A stretch of 24,000 nucleotides of DNA, from NCBI RefSeq assembly GCF_025397995.1, contig NZ_CP104550.1:1299775-1323774 (forward strand), given 5' to 3'. Numbering within the stretch: the stretch's first letter is position 1; every line of letters begins with the position of its first letter. The position numbers were made by a program, and so were the translations under genes. Below, one piece after another: positions 23,424 to 24,000 of the stretch. The DNA is from Methanothermobacter wolfeii. Its GTDB lineage: Archaea > Methanobacteriota > Methanobacteria > Methanobacteriales > Methanothermobacteraceae. The notes beneath the pieces were generated by a model that was not told the DNA's origin, made no database searches, and saw nothing but the letters and a program-made list of their open reading frames with translations.

Positions 23424-24000
23424 TCATCCCAGAAGGACGACCCGGCTTTCCCTTGACTCATCAACTATATCCATGCCGGATTCGGCTGCGATTTTCTCTG
23501 CAAATTCGTAAACCTCATAGAAGAGGGGCATATTATCTACCTCAAGCCTCCTTCTTGAGTAACCTATGTACATGTAGGCCTTGATCTCAACAAAATCTGG
23601 GCGGGCCCTTTCTATCATATCCGCGAAGAGTTCCGGTCTTTTCATGTTAATGTTCCTCACCGCGGTGATCCGCAGAACCCTCCTGCACCTGAAGGAGGGC
23701 ATGAGTTCAAGGGACTGGTTCATGAGTTCCCATGCCCCCTGAATCTGAGGCCTGCACAGTTCTTCATATGTTTCCCTGTCAGGGGCGTCCAGGGATATGT
23801 AGAGCTGTGTTGGTTCTTCAGAAAGGGACTCGAGGTTTTCAGCTGCAAGGCCATTTGTGACAAGGAAGGTTGTGAAGTTTCTCCTGTGGAATTCCTCAAG
23901 GAGACCGTCCATGTCCGGGTAAAGGAGGGGTTCCCCTGCCAGTGATATTGCTGCGTTTGATGGTTCCTGTGCCTCAAGGGCCTTCCTTTTATCGGCTTTC
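23424..24000 (-). CDS. taw1: tRNA 4-demethylwyosine synthase (radical SAM, TYW1/Taw1), C-terminal part; the 5' end lies beyond the window
   Basis: The frame is open to the window edge (...KADKRKALEAQEPSNAAISLAGEPLLYPDMDGLLEEF...). SLAGEPLLYP, FLVTNG, YISLDAP and the C-terminal region are TYW1-like. Stop TGA at 23424-23426. Confidence 0.85.
   Translation of the reverse strand, partial: KADKRKALEAQEPSNAAISLAGEPLLYPDMDGLLEEFHRRNFTTFLVTNGLAAENLESLSEEPTQLYISLDAPDRETYEELCRPQIQGAWELMNQSLELMPSFRCRRVLRITAVRNINMKRPELFADMIERARPDFVEIKAYMYIGYSRRRLEVDNMPLFYEVYEFAEKIAAESGMDIVDESRESRVVLLG

Noticed and set aside
23720-23977. An 85-aa minus-strand ORF in an alternative frame overlapping taw1.
   Set aside because: The taw1 frame carries the radical-SAM/TYW1 motifs and is open to the window edge. 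The alternative frame has no recognisable features.
1-24000. A search by eye for tRNA or rRNA genes, CRISPR repeats, IS element or transposase genes, integrases and prophage or defence islands.
   Set aside because: I found no T-loop-like GTTCRANYC in a GC-rich cloverleaf context, no regularly spaced direct repeats longer than 20 bp, and no transposase- or integrase-like ORFs. Composition is uniform and the gene content is housekeeping.

Overview
The window looks like core chromosome of a Methanothermobacter-like methanogen of the order Methanobacteriales. The evidence is gene content (atwA, cofD, cofE, purO, gch3, mptD, korDABC), GGTG/GGAGG ribosome-binding sites, oligo-T terminators and frequent ATGA start/stop overlaps. 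I support 29 protein-coding genes in two blocks. The minus-strand block (178-11889) holds hemA, a precorrin-2 dehydrogenase, a Cys-motif 'methanogenesis marker 9'-like gene, atwA, a purO-cofE-cofD-gch3-Dus-like operon, an ExbB/ExbD-like pair, rnhB, and mreB with a coupled unknown gene. The plus-strand block (12073-21049) holds psd, pssA, a CpaB-like gene, a secreted C-terminally anchored protein, a sortase, mptD, korDABC and sucC. After that come a polytopic membrane protein, a YpuA/DUF1002-like secreted protein and a partial taw1, all on the minus strand. I saw no rRNA, tRNA, CRISPR array, IS element or prophage signature. The most interesting region is 12073-16645. There, a clear bacterial-type sortase (His81/Cys140/Arg) sits next to a signal-peptide protein with a hydrophobic, basic C-terminal tail. 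A CpaB/RcpC-like membrane protein lies just upstream, and before that the two enzymes that make the amine-bearing lipids archaetidylserine and archaetidylethanolamine. This suggests an uncharacterised archaeal surface-anchoring module. Secondary leads are an unknown gene translationally coupled to archaeal mreB, an ExbB with an extra C-terminal domain, a membrane protein with weak SEDS-like motifs next to the YpuA-like gene, a barrel-only Dus-like protein coupled to GTP cyclohydrolase III, and a duplicated CC-x-P-x-KPCP protein heading the tetrapyrrole operon. All homology statements come from reading motifs by eye and from memory; no searches were run.
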